Position numbers and translations under genes: made by a program | Assembly: GCF_006345805.1 (NCBI RefSeq) | Contig: NC_043006.1 | Coordinates: forward strand, 77,996,001-78,060,000 | Length of the DNA: 64,000 nt | Direction of reading: 5' to 3' | DNA from: Octopus sinensis | Lineage: Eukaryota | Shown here: positions 42,496-54,922 of the stretch, piece after piece | How positions within the stretch are numbered: the stretch's first letter is position 1 | How the letters are laid out: every line of letters begins with the position of its first letter | Notes under the pieces: generated by a model | The model's database searches: none | The model's input: the letters and a program-made list of their open reading frames with translations, nothing else | Told to the model about the DNA's origin: nothing

Positions 42496-43575
42496 AAGAG
42501 CGATGACCACTTAGTGGACATCTATTATGCCTGAAATCGACTTCCTATGGCCTTTCCACTAAGAAAGGAACGGTCTCAAGAAAATATAGCGAACGTCAGG
42601 TCGTAAGCGAGCAAGACAAATGAAAAGATATATTATATTAACCCCACTGCTCAAATAGTATTTATTTCATTGATCTCTAAAGGATGAAAAACAAAGTCAA
42701 ACCTACGAAATTTGAAACCAGAATGTTAAACCGGAACAAATGCGGATGAAGCATTTTATTCGTAATGTTATCGGTCCAACCAACTCGCCACATTTGTCTT
42801 GCTCGTTTACGTTCTAGCGTTTGCTATATTTTCTTGAGAACATTCCTTTCTTAGTGGTAAGACCATAGAGGGTCGATTTCTAGCATAATGGATGTCCACT
42901 TAGTGGTCATCCATCTTATATGTATGTAATATATTTTTTCTAAATCTTCAGATTTTTCTATATGCTAGACCACTGGTTTTAAATTGATATTAGTCAAATT
43001 AATATTCAAGTTTTCACCCTTATTATTCTTTATTGAAATTTAAATAACTATGTTCTCTAACCGACAAAATTCACTGCAGAGAATTATTTTCTGCAGAATT
43101 ATTTCCGGTATTTTGGCGCGCCAAAACGAAGACTTTTGAAATATAACCCCAAATGTAAATGGTACAACTATATACATGTTCAATCTCATGCGGACGACTC
43201 GTGTATGGTTCTGCAAATTATATTTTGCTATAACGATCACACTGACGAGTTGAGGACATCTACGTAAGTAATTACGTAAGTGGTAACAACGAAACCGGGT
43301 TTGTGATTAATCTGTATATTTTGTATCTTTTCATTTGTCTTGCTCACTTACGTTCTGGCGTTTGCTATACTTTCTTGAGAATATTCCTTTCTTAGTGGTA
43401 AAACTATAGGAGGTCGACTTCTAACATAATGGATGTCCACTTAGTGGTCATCCATCTTATATGAATGTAATATAATTTTTCTGAATTTTCAGATTTTTCT
43501 ATATGCTAGACCACTAGTTTTAGATTGATATTAATCAAATTAATATTTAGTTTTTCCCCGTTATTATTTTTAATT
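42496..43575. repeat. Three partial copies of one pLTR-like unit: inverted 42496-42630, direct 42791-43035, direct 43324-43575
   Basis: Shared CATTTGTCTTGCTC...GGATGTCCACTTAGTGGTCATCC block in all three; the third copy follows the hammerhead. Confidence 0.8.
43235..43308 (+). ncRNA. Type I hammerhead ribozyme motif
   Basis: Stem I GATCACA/TGTGATT, core CTGACGA (43242-43248), stem II GTTG/CAAC with inner TACGTAA-GTAA-TTACGTA hairpin, GAA, stem III ACC-G-GGT, cleavage triplet GUU at 43299-43301. Confidence 0.8.
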
Positions 43576-44742
43576 TTATGTGTGTATATATATATATATA
43601 TAGACATACACACAAACGCGCCCGCGCCTGTATACATATATATGTATGTATATGTATATGTCGGTATGCTTGCGTGTGAATGTGTGTGCATAGGTGTGTT
43701 TGTGTATTTGTATGCATGTGTGTATTTGCATAATGATTTAGTGATTTACAATTCCAAATCATAATAGTCTACTAAATCTGAATTGAAAAGCTGGTCCATT
43801 ATTACGAATATTAATTTCATGGAGGCTGTGTATTCAATTCTTTTTAATCTCCTTCTTGCTTTCATCTGAACATATCACAATTTATAATGAGGTCATTACA
43901 AGACGCAAGCATTTTAACCCCCCCCCCCACACACACACACACAGTAACTAAATCCAATAGTTGTATGTCGAAAGCTTTCTTGTCTCCATAAAGTAACTTG
44001 CCTGCCTACTCAAACTTCTATCAACACCTAGTAGATTATCTTCTAACAAAGCTTACTAATTCCGCTTCGCACCGTCCAACATCCAGTATTTATGATGCTA
44101 CTGTGAATTTTAATAGCCTTTCCTCTTTCGTAAAATATGTTTGCATCAGATTTAGTGTTTACTTACAGGATTAACCTATCAGGATGCCGGCCAATTCATA
44201 CAGGAATTTCTTATAGTGCAAGACATTTAATATATTCCAAGCATTCAGATACTTTAGTATAACGGTGTAAGTTCTAATGGTTATATACTTTCTTAAGATC
44301 ATGATCTTTAGGGTCGTGTGTTCGAATCTCGAAATACGCAGCACGTTGTGTCACTGAAGTAGTATTTCATTTCGGCAAGCAATGTACGTCGGTGAGTATC
44401 AGCAGCAGTCAGAGTAGATCATCCATGAAATGGGCTGGGATCTAGTTAAGCTGGTTGCACTCCCAGAATTTAGTCGCCTATTAAACACAGTTAATTTTAG
44501 ACATAGCCTCACATTTGTTTAGATAAGTGGATATACTTATTATAACTCTACCTTTTACAGGTTTCTCCTCGTACTGACCTCCAAATAAGTTTTTGTACAG
44601 AAAAGAAGTGCTGTTTCTGGGGTTATTTACTCTCTAGACTTGACATATTTGCAAGTATTTTGGGGGTTTGTCAGGAGTAGGTGGATCTGTTTGTCACCTT
44701 CTGGTAATTTTCAAGACAAGGAAATTGATGTGGTTGAAATGT

Positions 44743-44935
44743 AAGGCAGCGAGCTGGCAGAAGCGTTAGCACGCCGGGCGAAATACTTAGCGGTATTTCA
44801 TCTGTCTTTACATTCTGAGTTCAAATTCCGCCGAGGTCGATTTTTGCCTTTCGTTTACGATTTGAACACTGGCGTCGATGTAATCGACTTACTCCTTCCC
44901 TGCAATTGCTGGCCTTATGCTAGTATTTGAAATCA
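44743..44935 (+). mobile_element. SINE family B copy
   Basis: AAGGCAGCGAGCTGGCAGAAGCGTTAGCACGCCGGGCGAAAT...TCTGAGTTCAAATTCCGCCGAGGTCG. Confidence 0.75.
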
Positions 44936-45649
44936 GTATAAACAAGAATTTACTCCGAATTATTAAAAGAAACACAAGCGCTGCTACATCACTCTTGCAT
45001 CTGATTACCTTCAGAAGTCGATGATAAATTACTATGTAACATATGTCGATTTTGCCTTTCATCCTTTCGGGGTCGATAAATTAAATACCAGTTGTGTAGT
45101 AGGGTCGATCTAATGGACCGGCCCTCTCCCTAAACATTTTGGGCCTTGTGCCTGGAGTAGAAAAGGATATGTAATCTGAACGTGTGAAAATTGAGAACCT
45201 GCTGAGAAAATAAAACTGGGAATGGAAATTCAGAGTTTTAACGCTTTGGAAATTAAAACGTTGGCGTGATAATTGGTGAAAGACTATGGGAAACCAGAGG
45301 AAGAATCAAACGGTATGCGATGTAGGTCTTAGTAAATGTAAGCAATTTAATTGCTCTAACAAACGGAGGTCAATGTTGTCAATATAATAAAGACAGAGGA
45401 ATTGGAGTCACAATCAGCCAGATGGCTGTATTTTAAATGTGGATGGTTATGTTTGTAGAAGGAACACCGGTTCATTATTTTTTGTACATTTCAAATTCAT
45501 TTGATAGTGACTCTACAATTGTTTGTTTATGACCCCGAATAAAAAGAAGGGTGTGACGGGTGCAGAGTTTTGGTACTTTGAATGTAAGAAGCGTACGATA
45601 TAGGTAAGGCTTGTTAGATTTATAGTAACGTTGTGGGTTGGGTTAAAAT

Positions 45650-46650
45650 CGCGTATTGCTCAAGATAAGAAAGAGAGAACGAGAGAGAGGGATACGTGGG
45701 AAAGAACGAGAGGTAAGTACAAGATTGTTTTTTGGAGGTGCAAGGTGATTATGCCAGTGCATTGTTGAAGGAGACAATATTTGTATTTTCCCATTGGTAA
45801 ATGTTTTCGAAGTCTCTGTTCATGGATATACTGCAGATTTGATGGGAGATGCTTATGTGATATTTGCACAAATATCACTGTGTTTTGACTCCTAGATGCC
45901 TGTCAGAAAAGGAATCGGCCATAGTGAAGTAATCGTTCTTAGATAGGACATCAAAGAGGTTGTTGATGTGCAGTTGGTAGAATATCATTGATATAACTGA
46001 ATATTGGCGTGTATTTATAACGATAGTGTAAGAGAATGTTGCTTAGACTAGGTACCCATCTACTAGACAGAGTCGAATAGCTTTCGGATGCCAACAGCAG
46101 TAAAATTGCTTCCGCCGAATTTTTCACTGTCAACGAACCACTGGTTACCTTTATAGTGGTAAAGATCTCCATTAGATGTAACCCTACAAAAACAGTAACA
46201 GTAATAGTATCTGAGGATGGTGAATGAGATCTTTTTCGATTGTTTCCATCACTTTTCATTGGTAGAATTTGAGAATGCCAAGTCGATAGCTTCCTGAAAA
46301 ACTAATCACACGTTAGTGGATTTCGAATGTTCCAGATATATTCGTGTCCAGATGCAACAATTGAAGAGTTTGAAGACAACAGATGCCTGCTGTGGGTGGA
46401 TGAATAAAGGGTAATAGAGGCAGCATTGTCTAACCAGTCACACTGGATGCTTTTTAGTGGTGTTTCGCGGAGTAAATATAGCATGCAGGTGGATCCGATG
46501 CTTGTAGCAAATTTGAAAGCTTTATCTGTGATGTGGCCATTTACTAAACTCTTATGTTTGTGGCAAAATTTAACCACACCAGTGGTAATACATTTCACTA
46601 GAGGCCAAAATATCAACAATACTGCTTGGGACAGGAGAGTTTGTAGGCTG
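45650..46650 (-). pseudogene. Degenerate CR1/Jockey-like LINE reverse transcriptase
   Basis: SYRL...KVMETI, YCFCRVTSNGDL (cf. QYGFR..RSTxDL), GIRKLFDSV (cf. DISKAFDRV), YINDIL and RDFENIYQWENTNIVSFN, in RT order. Confidence 0.65.
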
Positions 46651-46737
46651 TGGTAAACGAGAAAGCTTCATTTACTTATCTCGAAAAATAGTTTTACAAG
46701 AATGAAAAGGTATCACCGACTACCTCCTATAAAATCT

Positions 46738-47045
46738 ATCTATCTATCCTCTCAGTCGAAGTCGACTCTCGGTTACTCGATGGATCAGTGTTCTCCAGCC
46801 AGTTCTATCCTGGGTCGCTTCTTTCAGATTGGCTATGACCATTCCCGTGTCACTCTTAATGGTGTCAAGCCAGCGGGTTCTTGGTCGGCCTCTTCCTCTC
46901 TTACCACTGACCATTCCGAGCATGATGTCCTTCTCCAGGGATTTTCTCCGCATAATATGACCAAAATATGCCAATCTATTCTTGGTGATCCTAGCTTCCA
47001 GCGAGTGTTTCGGCTTGATCTGGTTAAAATAGGTAGACAGTTTTA
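46738..47045 (-). mobile_element. RTE (BovB-like) LINE 3' end
   Basis: LAYFGHIMRRKSLEKDIMLGMVSGKRGRGRPRTRWLDTIK...QDRTGWRTLIHRVT, followed by a short GATA tail. Confidence 0.85.
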
Positions 47046-48387
47046 CCCACTTTTAATAGCCCTTAAGTTTAAAGTAGTCTTCTAATTTTACTAGATACTG
47101 TAAGCAGTATTCATCATGGCAGAGTAAAGTCTACATACATACAAAGGCCACCTTAAGAACAGAGGTACAATACAGATTGCAACCTCAACATAACAGATGG
47201 GCTTTCAGATAAATGGTGAAAGATTTGTTGGTTGAAAAGAAACGAGATGTGTCATGTGTAAGTTTGTAAGAAGTGATTGGTGAGGTAACAGGTTATATGT
47301 CAACAGTCAGGAAATTTAAAGTCCTGCGATAACAAATGAGAAACAACGATAATGAATACGAAACTGACAATGAAGCGTTTTCATGATTCGTGCCTACCAT
47401 ATAAACGGCAATAAGAGATGTTTCACAGAGAGAAGATAAGACAGGGGAAAGTCATAAGAGGTCTGTGTCAATTGATCGCTAATAATGAGGAGTTAAAGTA
47501 AAACTAATTTTGAAAAAAAACTACAAGTAAATGTAGAGTAAATTCATTTCTTCAACACGCACAATATAAAACAGAAACGTACAATTACTCCTTCCCTCTC
47601 TCTATTTATCACTCTCCCTCTCTTTCTCTACCTCCCTCCCTCCCTCCCCCCTCTCTCTCTCTGTATGTGTATACGTCTGTATGTACGAGCGTGTGTGTGT
47701 GTATGTGTATGTATATATATTTATATATAATCTGTGCTTGGATGTGCTTGTGTTTATGTGTGTGTGTACGTATGTGTGTGTGTGTACGTATGTGTGTGTG
47801 TGTACGTATGTGTGTGTGTGTACATGGAGTTGATCCAGAGTTCCTATTTGTGGAAAATAAGTACATTCAACTTTATTTCATTCAACATCTTCCCCCCTCA
47901 AATTAATATTAATTAGTCCTTCAGTTTATCTAAACCCTCTAAAAGTGCTCAAATGGTTGGGCCTCCAACCAGGCCTTTGCGGGACCCTTAAAGCCCCGTG
48001 CATATATATATATATATTATATATATTATATATATATATATATACATAGAGACAAAAAGGGAATATATTGTCACATGGCATTCACGCATGGACATAGCGG
48101 GAAGCTTACAAGTATTTCTAACTTTAATCAAGTGATCAACCTCAGCCAATCAAATCGTATCCACAGCAGATTCTAATTTGAGGCATATTCTATGCAAAAA
48201 CAAGAGAAATTTCCAACTCCAGTTAGAAGCAAGACAGTTGCGGCAGAGACCCACGTCTTTCTTCTCAAACTTTTAAATAACAAAAGATTTGTGGAACTGC
48301 TTCAGACTTCGCAGGGGAAATTCAACTCCTTTTTTATATATTTCTTTCCATGAATAAAATAACTTTGCTCTCTCTCTCTCTCTCTTC

Positions 48388-48476
<89 letters not shown>

Positions 48477-48513
48477 TATATATAATATATATTATATATA
48501 TATATATATATAG

Positions 48514-48557
<44 letters not shown>

Positions 48558-48708
48558 TTTCTTCTAGTTTCAGCTCAGAGCTGCGGCCATGCTGAAATGT
48601 AGGAGCCAAGGATTCATGTGTAAGAAGTTAGTAAACTTCGAGAGCAGTCCGTAGAAATGTAGGCAGTATATGTGGCCTGGAATATCTTTCCTCCATTCCT
48701 CAATTTGG

Positions 48709-48739
<31 letters not shown>

Positions 48740-48755
48740 TATATATATAAATATA

Positions 48756-49293
48756 CGAGCAAAACGCCCCCCGTCCAATGGACGGTGCTGAATCGTATCT
48801 GCTGAATAAAAAGCAATCAGTGTTTTCTTTTCATTAAAAAATGATTAAGCATGCCTATATTTCAATGAAATTTTTGGTTTTGTTAAACGAAGTTAAGGCA
48901 AAAATCTTCTTGAGAAACCAAATAGTCCTTCCTTCTCTCATGCCAAGTTTGAAGAAAATATCTCTTTTGCGTCTTACTTTTTTAGTCTCTTAAATATACT
49001 GCATTTTCTGGCATTATTTCAAGCCAGCCGGCTTTTAAGGCGCAAACTGCACGTGCATTTTTCTCGCGTAGGCGTAGTATCGATAGCAACAGCAGATGTA
49101 CTTTCGCGTACAAATACACGTTCTCACGGCTTTATCGATCGCATTCTCACCTGGAATCGACTTTTGTAATTTTTTCAAGACTTATGCACACCCTGATACC
49201 GTCGGTATCTACATTTGAGCGCAATAGGATGAAGGATGGCGGATATCCTAGAAGACACAACACAGACAGACAGAACGGATTTTATATAATAGA
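48756..49293 (-). mobile_element. Non-autonomous Helitron-like element
   Basis: Minus strand starts A|TC, has (CTGT)n near the 5' end, hairpin CCGTCC-ATT-GGACGG about 11 nt before a degenerate CTCG|T terminus; no TSD. Confidence 0.55.
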
Positions 49294-49318
49294 TATATAT
49301 ACATACATACATACATAC

Positions 49319-49370
<52 letters not shown>

Positions 49371-49407
49371 ATATACTTTATTTAAAGCAGCAGAAAATTC
49401 ACAAAAT

Positions 49408-49444
49408 CTGTTACTCTGAGTTCTCGTTGCCGTTCATCAGACAG
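49408..49444 (-). ncRNA. Minimal hammerhead motif, defective copy (GAAAC reduced to GAAC)
   Basis: CTGT-CTGATGA-ACGGCAACGA-GAA-CTCAGAGT-A-ACAG. Confidence 0.55.
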
Positions 49445-50394
49445 TTTTTGCTAGAATGGAACCGATATATCAATTCAATCCAGACTCTTACAAACGCTAC
49501 ACCTTTAAAAAAATGGACTTGGTTTGATTGGCCCTTTAGAAATAACGGTCAATCTTCGAGCGATAAACAGAAAAATGAGCTCAAAAATATATGTATATAT
49601 ATATAAAAAAATTATGAAAATTATAAAAATTATAAAATTCGAGGAAAAAACCTTACATTGACTGTATGTGTATGTATCCATTCGAACTTGTGTATTTGTA
49701 TACTTGTCTCCATATATGTCAATAACGCGGTTACACAGCTTGTATACATAATTTTTGTTATTTCGTTTTTTTCCCCACCCCTCCTTTTTCTTCTTTTTTC
49801 CTTCCCCCTTCTTCGTTCCTTTTTCTCTCTCTTCCTTTCTTTCGTTTTTTTCTCTAACTGATACTGGTACATACAACTTTACGTCCCCCTCACTTAAGCT
49901 TTACTCCGTAAATAAGAAACGCTACATTAGCATCGATGATTTTAACTTGCGTGCGAGATAGATTGCGTACATATATGTATGCATGCATTTGTGTGTATAT
50001 TTTAGATTTATATTTATACGTCTGTATATGTATGGCGTTTGCACGCATCCTTCTGTGTATGTTGATATATATATGTACACTTTAATATGAATATGTATTG
50101 CAGTGTAATATTTATAATGCGTTTTAATTTCCATGCATTAATTATATTTCCTTCATTAACGTCAATATGTATTTTATTCAATGTAAGGTTTTTTCCTCGA
50201 ATTTTATAATTTTTATTTTTTATATTTTTATAAATTAGTATATATATATACATAATTTTTAAGCTATTTTTTTGTTGTCGCTCGAAGATTGACCGTTATT
50301 TCTAAAGGGCCAATCAAACAAGTCCATTTTTTTAAAGGTGTAGCGTTGTAAGAGTCTGGATTGAATTGATATATCGGTTCCATTTAGCAAAAAA

Positions 50395-50432
50395 CTGTCT
50401 GATGAACGGCAACGAGAAACTCAGAGTAACAG
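50395..50432 (+). ncRNA. Minimal type I hammerhead motif
   Basis: Stem I CTGT/ACAG, CTGATGA (50399-50405), weak stem II CG-GCAA-CG, GAA, quasi-palindromic stem III ACTC-A-GAGT, GUA site at 50426-50428. Confidence 0.7.
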
Positions 50433-50539
50433 ATTTTGTTGAATTTTCTGCTGCTGCTTAAATAAAGCATATTACTCTACCACTGGTTTGAGTACTCTTT
50501 TTTTCCACCTTGTTTCACATTAGTGTTATCCGGTATATC

Positions 50540-50600
<61 letters not shown>

Positions 50601-50647
50601 TTAGTATTTCGTAAGCTGAAAGTCTACAAGCGATTACCGTCCGAAGT

Positions 50648-50814
50648 CTAAAGAAAGCAGTCTAATAATGTGATAAATAAGCCTACGTTGGTGTAAGTGG
50701 TAGCACACTTGTCGCGAAAATGAAGAGACGTGGGTTCGAGTCAACGCGTTCAGAAAAAAACTACTTTTTTCCGTTTAGGGCTTATATGTCCCATTATTAG
50801 ACTATTTCCTTTAG
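50648..50814 (+). other. Degenerate tRNA-like cassette between ~36-bp imperfect inverted repeats
   Basis: TGGTGTAAGTGGTAG and GGGTTCGAGTC boxes; flanks CTAAAG..AGTCTAATAATG..ATAAGCC and GGCTTAT..CATTATTAGACT..CTTTAG. Confidence 0.5.
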
Positions 50815-51429
50815 TCATTGCACGTTAATCGTTTGTAAACTTTAAGCTTATAAATTACTATTAATATTATTTACTGAATTGTAAAAGTCGATACCGCTTA
50901 CCAAAAACCATCGCAGAAAAACGTGTGTGTGTTGTTGTTGTTTAGCTCATAGAAATTCAAAAACATTCCAAACGTTTTTAACTATAAAACTTTTAGTGGA
51001 TAAAGCTGTAAATGATAATGTACAAGTATTAGTTTAAAAATCTTTTCTGATGGAAAAGACTAACTGAATTGAACAGAAAATCTGATGCTGCTATAACACC
51101 GTTAGTCACAATGTGCGTCCAATTCTTTCTTGATTGCATGTTGGCTCAAATCGTTTAATTGTTTCGTGTTCCTATTTTCCTATTTCTATGATCTTTTGGA
51201 TAATACTCGGCAATTACAGGAATCCGCTTGCTATCTGTGAAACACGCTATATGTCCAGCCCATCGTTTTTTCGCTGTACTGTTATTATGCTGTTCTCTCC
51301 ACCGCGTTCTCGTATTAATTTCAGATATACACTTGCAATAATATCCTGTGCGCCATTTTTGACGGTATCAAATAAGTCTTCCATAACAATGAAATGAATG
51401 CAGTAAGAACATTTCTGAAAATGAAAGAG

Positions 51430-51760
51430 TCCAGGTGCAATGCACCAAACTGATCAGAGAAGAAAACTTCAGAGACATCACGGGTATAGTTTTACTATCA
51501 CCAACCGTAAGAGTTCTCATTCGGAAAGGTGTCAACAAGGACATACCAACACTCCATATCTCTTCACCGCCTGTCCAGAAGTGGTCATCAGAAACAATAG
51601 CTGGACAGGTGGCATCAACACCAACAGCAAACTACTAACAGACCAGCGATTCGCATATAACATCGTAAGTCATAGATGGCCATTGAGACAATGGATCAGT
51701 GTCAGAGAAAGCTGATAGAGCTCTGCATCTACAGTTTAGCAGCAGGCCTGAAAATGAACA
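51430..51760 (+). pseudogene. Degenerate RTE-type RT fragment
   Basis: RKGV followed by QGHTNTPYLFTACPEVVIRNNSWTGGINTNSKLLTDQRFAYNIV (cf. GVRQGDTISPKLFTACLE...LRFADDIV). Confidence 0.7.
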
Positions 51761-51821
51761 AAATATACATAGTTCGAAAAAGTAGTACAGTGTGCGTGTG
51801 TGTGTATGTGTATATGTATAT

Positions 51822-51911
<90 letters not shown>

Positions 51912-51984
51912 GTGTGTCTGTGTGTGTGTGTCTGTGTGTATTAAATGTCATATATGCACGCATATATAAGCATGTATGTACATA

Positions 51985-52560
51985 TGTACGTATCCAACTG
52001 TATTAATTCTAAACAGTGAAAAGATGGATGTTTGCATGACATCAGCTTCTTTACTCGTCACTTTGAAACCCATCGTAGTAGCTGGAAATTTAATATGCAT
52101 CACTCTAGGGGAGTCAGATGGATCTGCACATAACCATTTGTCATTACTTCCCTTAGTCTTACGCAAAGCTTTAATTATCCCAGAAGAAACAAAGCATATA
52201 AAGTTCGTAACGGATTTTAACCTTGTCAAGTAACCGTTTGGTGCGGATCGAGCTCTTCTCTTGTTTTTGCAGATATGAATTGCGCTCGTCTCAGTAAATA
52301 CGAGTTATATCGAATGTCATTGTCACTACATTTCTTACAGTTCACGGTGCTGTCTGAAGGTCTTTGTCGATTGCTGTCAATGATTTTTCGGGATCATCAT
52401 TGGTACTGTTTTGAAGTCGTTGAATAAGCTGTGATGCTTTATAGAATCTCTACGATTAGAATCATTATTCTCTTTCCTACAACTGAAACTTTCTTGCCGA
52501 GGTCTTCCAGTCCCATCCGAAATTTGTGTACAAAAGACATTGCAGCATTTGGAAACTTGG
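51985..52560 (-). mobile_element. Degenerate maT (DD37D)-like transposase fragment
   Basis: DIRYNSYLLRRAQFISAKTRE and NDKWLCADPSDSPRVMHIKFPATTM. Confidence 0.65.
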
Positions 52561-52584
52561 TAAGTTTTTATTTCTTTACTGCCC

Positions 52585-52740
52585 ACAAGGGGCTAAACAC
52601 AGAGGGGACAAACAAGAACAGACAAACAGATTAAGTCGATTATATCGACCCCATTGCGTAACTGGCACTTTTTGATCCGCTCCGAAAGGATGAAAGGCAA
52701 AGTCGACCGCGGCGAAATTTGAACTCAGTACGTAGCGCCC
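52585..52740 (-). mobile_element. SINE family B copy
   Basis: GAAAGGATGAAAGGCAAAGTCGACCGCGGCGAAATTTGAACTCAG. Confidence 0.75.
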
Positions 52741-53255
52741 AAAAATAATCGTGTTCTATCCACAGATGCATGGCTCCTAGCAAGGCATACCATCACCTGT
52801 ATCAGAATTATAGAATACCAATGTGTAATTTGGTGCATATATTATATGTATATGATGTGCGTGCGTGCATGCGCGCTCGTGTGTAAATGTGTGTTCGTGT
52901 GATGTGTGTGTGTATGTGTTTTTGTCAAACTCCCACGTTGCGGGATCATGCGGGGTTCTATGCATTCTGACGTAATATAAAGAGTACATCGATAATGAGG
53001 GCAAAGAACACAGACCTGAACATTGTATTATTCTATTTTATCTTTTACATTGTGTTTCGGTATTGGGTCACACGTGATGTCGCACCACAAATGCAATTCT
53101 TAGGTGTGTTTCATAAGTACAACACGAATACAAAACAATCCCAATGTTTCTGCGCGCAGATTTGCATTAATAGTGTGACGACATTAATTATCGAATACTG
53201 AAATATATTGAAGACATAAAATAAAGGAATACCAAATTCAAGCTCATGTCCTTCT

Positions 53256-53291
<36 letters not shown>

Positions 53292-53339
53292 TTCTATCTG
53301 TCTATCTCTCTATCTCTCTGCCTGTCTATCCCTCTCTCT

Positions 53340-53383
<44 letters not shown>

Positions 53384-53428
53384 ATCATATATATATATAT
53401 ATATAATAATATACATTTATTTTATAGG

Positions 53429-53479
53429 AGCTTCTACAGGACTAGAACTGTTTCATTCAAAAGAAATCATCAGGAAGCT
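53429..53479 (-). ncRNA. Type I hammerhead ribozyme motif in a pLTR-like segment (about 53415-54110)
   Basis: AGCUUC-CUGAUGA-UUUC-UUUU-GAAU-GAA-ACAG-UUCUAGUC-CUGU-A-GAAGCU; AATAAA follows within about 10 nt. Confidence 0.8.
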
Positions 53480-54377
53480 AGTAGACAAGAGTTGTTTTGG
53501 CATTTATACATTTAGGCAGGTTTAAATGGGTGGTGGTGGGGGACTTTTTTGGGGGTAGGCATGGCGCAAAACTGTCATTATAAGGGGAGTGGTCAAGGAA
53601 TCGGTGGTAAAGTAGATAAAAGAATAAATAAAAGAATAAAAAAATTAAAAAATTAAAAAATATACATAGAAAAATAGGGTTTTAGGTAAGTAGGGAGACT
53701 CTCACTTGTACATCTACATATATATATACACACATATATACACCCGCATATTCACATATATCTATACATATACATACATACCCACATATACATACATATA
53801 TATATACATACATACACATACATATACATATATATATACATACATATACATATATATATACACATACCCATGTACGTACACACAGATACACATATACATA
53901 CATATACATACATATATGTATACCCACTCGCACAAATATATACAAATGCATATACATGCACACACATACACACACATTTTTATTCTCTTATTTTAATTTT
54001 ATTATTACTTTTTGTTTATATCTTTATTTTTAGTTTTATCTTGACCGGTCAATCGGTCTCAAGGGACGATTTAAAGATTCCGTTTAAGCACTCACTCACG
54101 CCCACACACTCACACGTACACACACGTACGTGTTATATTCATACACGCATACATCTACATACATTCACGTATATTCACATACACGCATACACATACATAC
54201 CTCAACACACTCACAGAATACTAGTCCATACATATACACTAATTAATATATATACACATATACATATACACATACACATACATACATATACATACACATA
54301 TACATATATATATATACATATATACTCATATACATATACATACACATATACACTCATACATATATACACACACATAC

Positions 54378-54416
<39 letters not shown>

Positions 54417-54669
54417 TATATAAAAAGGGAAGCTTTATGAAAATATATACACATATATATATATATACACATACACATATATATGCGTACACATACACAC
54501 ACATACACACACACGCGCGCATCTATATATACACATAAGTACATACATACATAATTGTATACAAATGTCTATACATATGCATACACATCCACACACACAC
54601 GCGCCTCCTTATGTTCATAAAACCATACATGCATACAGGCATATACATATATACATACATGCATACTCA

Positions 54670-54716
<47 letters not shown>

Positions 54717-54885
54717 TAATAATAAAATAATAAAAATAATAAATATATATACGTGCAGTTACCCATTATACAAACGGATACATACATATAAACATACCCA
54801 TATATACCTATTTACACATATGTATATATACATACATACATACACACATAACTCTACATACCTATATATACATAAACACACAAGC

Positions 54886-54922
<37 letters not shown>

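Larger units (their letters stand above)
49372..50472. repeat. Inverted pair of ~290-bp pLTR-like arms with a 516-bp spacer
   Basis: 49372-49661 is the reverse complement of 50178-50472 apart from a few indels; each arm carries a hammerhead core followed by AATAAA. Confidence 0.9.

Noticed and set aside
43097-43263. Apparent 167-bp exon with an open frame and GTAAGT donor
   Set aside because: The donor is part of the hammerhead stem II hairpin inside a repeat unit, and the peptide is unrecognisable.
51570-51595. Minus-strand CTGATGA-CCA-CTTC-TGG
   Set aside because: Lacks GAAA and lies in an RTE coding relic.
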